64,000 bases of DNA from Candidatus Uhrbacteria bacterium (GTDB taxonomy: Bacteria; Patescibacteriota; Patescibacteriia; UBA9934; GWF2-40-263), in NCBI GenBank assembly GCA_023246355.1, contig JAHFIQ010000003.1, forward strand, positions 85,018-149,017, written 5' to 3'. The position numbers and the translations under genes were made by a program. How positions within the stretch are numbered: the first letter of the stretch is position 1; each line of letters begins with the position of its first letter. Positions 63,654 through 64,000 of the stretch are shown here, one piece after another. Below the pieces are notes generated by a model. The model saw nothing but the letters and a program-made list of their open reading frames with translations, was not told the origin of the DNA and made no database searches.

Positions 63654-63775
63654 CTGACGTCTCCGTGTTGAACGGCTCGCAAGCGAGCCTTGGGTGATCA
63701 CTCTTTCCGGGTTTCCCCGGTCAGGGTGGTGAAAAGTCACGTCGGTATGATCGACGTGACAGCTTGTGCGAAGCG

Positions 63776-64000
63776 CTAGCTCAGCTTCTCTGCAGCGGCC
63801 GCCGGCGCATCCGGTACCCTGGTCTTGGTCTCGACCTGCTCGGCCAGGCCCAAGAGCGCCGCGAACTCGATGGACGCTTGGGCTTCGTGAGCAGAGGCGA
63901 GGTACTGCGACTCGCTGACAGCCGCATCCGTTCCCGCGAGCTCGGAGGAGACACGCGCTTCGGCTTCGGCCTGACCCACGACCTCGCGAATCGAGGAGAG
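63776..64000 (-). CDS. possible 3' part of a gene continuing beyond the window end
   Basis: High-GC minus-strand ORF (GTG start in the track; may extend upstream past 64000) ending ...LGLAEQVETKTRVPDAPAAAAEKLS. Weak. Confidence 0.2.
   Translation of the reverse strand, partial: LSSIREVVGQAEAEARVSSELAGTDAAVSESQYLASAHEAQASIEFAALLGLAEQVETKTRVPDAPAAAAEKLS

Noticed and set aside
62466-63671. Plus-strand ORF 62466..63671 (401 aa) in the high-GC island
   Set aside because: Antisense to the ABC substrate-binding lipoprotein gene. Arg/Gly/His-rich translation typical of high-GC antisense frames.

Overview
This 64-kb window comes from a compact bacterial chromosome with a baseline of roughly 50-53% GC and many 4-bp gene overlaps. 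Inference only: it may be a small-genome uncultivated lineage. Nearly every gene between positions 3.9 kb and 21 kb lies on the minus strand. Housekeeping genes dominate: mnmA, secDF, secA, hpf, murB-murC, glyA-folD, dnaB, ybaB-recR, rplU, tgt, the hrcA-grpE-dnaK-dnaJ heat-shock locus with a perfect CIRCE operator, ftsI-murF, and a tRNA-Glu(CUC) with an encoded CCA end. Several features are not housekeeping: (1) A 124-bp structured repeat with conserved terminal inverted repeats and compensatory base changes occurs in four copies and looks MITE-like or sRNA-like. (2) A high-GC (~62-65%) block from ~56.2 kb to the window end carries a single minus-strand operon: an ABC importer, an orphan classic-AAA ATPase, a 2OG-Fe dioxygenase-like protein and a SAM methyltransferase. 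A divergent high-GC gene with its own promoter sits beside it. A second small high-GC gene (24463-24798) has a strong promoter and a perfect 5' hairpin. (3) A TraD/VirD4-like coupling-ATPase carries tandem C-terminal zinc ribbons and is paired with a large membrane protein, next to secDF. (4) A four-helix-bundle (rRNA-IVS family) gene is bracketed by inverted GTAGAC repeats, and a ybaK-like gene sits with it between dnaK and dnaJ. (5) AGGTGG/CCACCT/GTCTACC repeat arrays recur upstream of dnaK, murC, ybaB and dnaJ. (6) A 32-bp C6...G6 palindromic element is inserted in-frame in mnmA and secA and also occurs after recR. (7) The tRNA-Glu 3' end is embedded in inverted and direct repeats with a GC-rich palindromic scar and a duplicated tgt fragment. 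(8) A dinJ-yafQ toxin-antitoxin pair. Several promoters sit almost against their start codons (leaderless or short-leader mRNAs). No CRISPR array and no rRNA were found.
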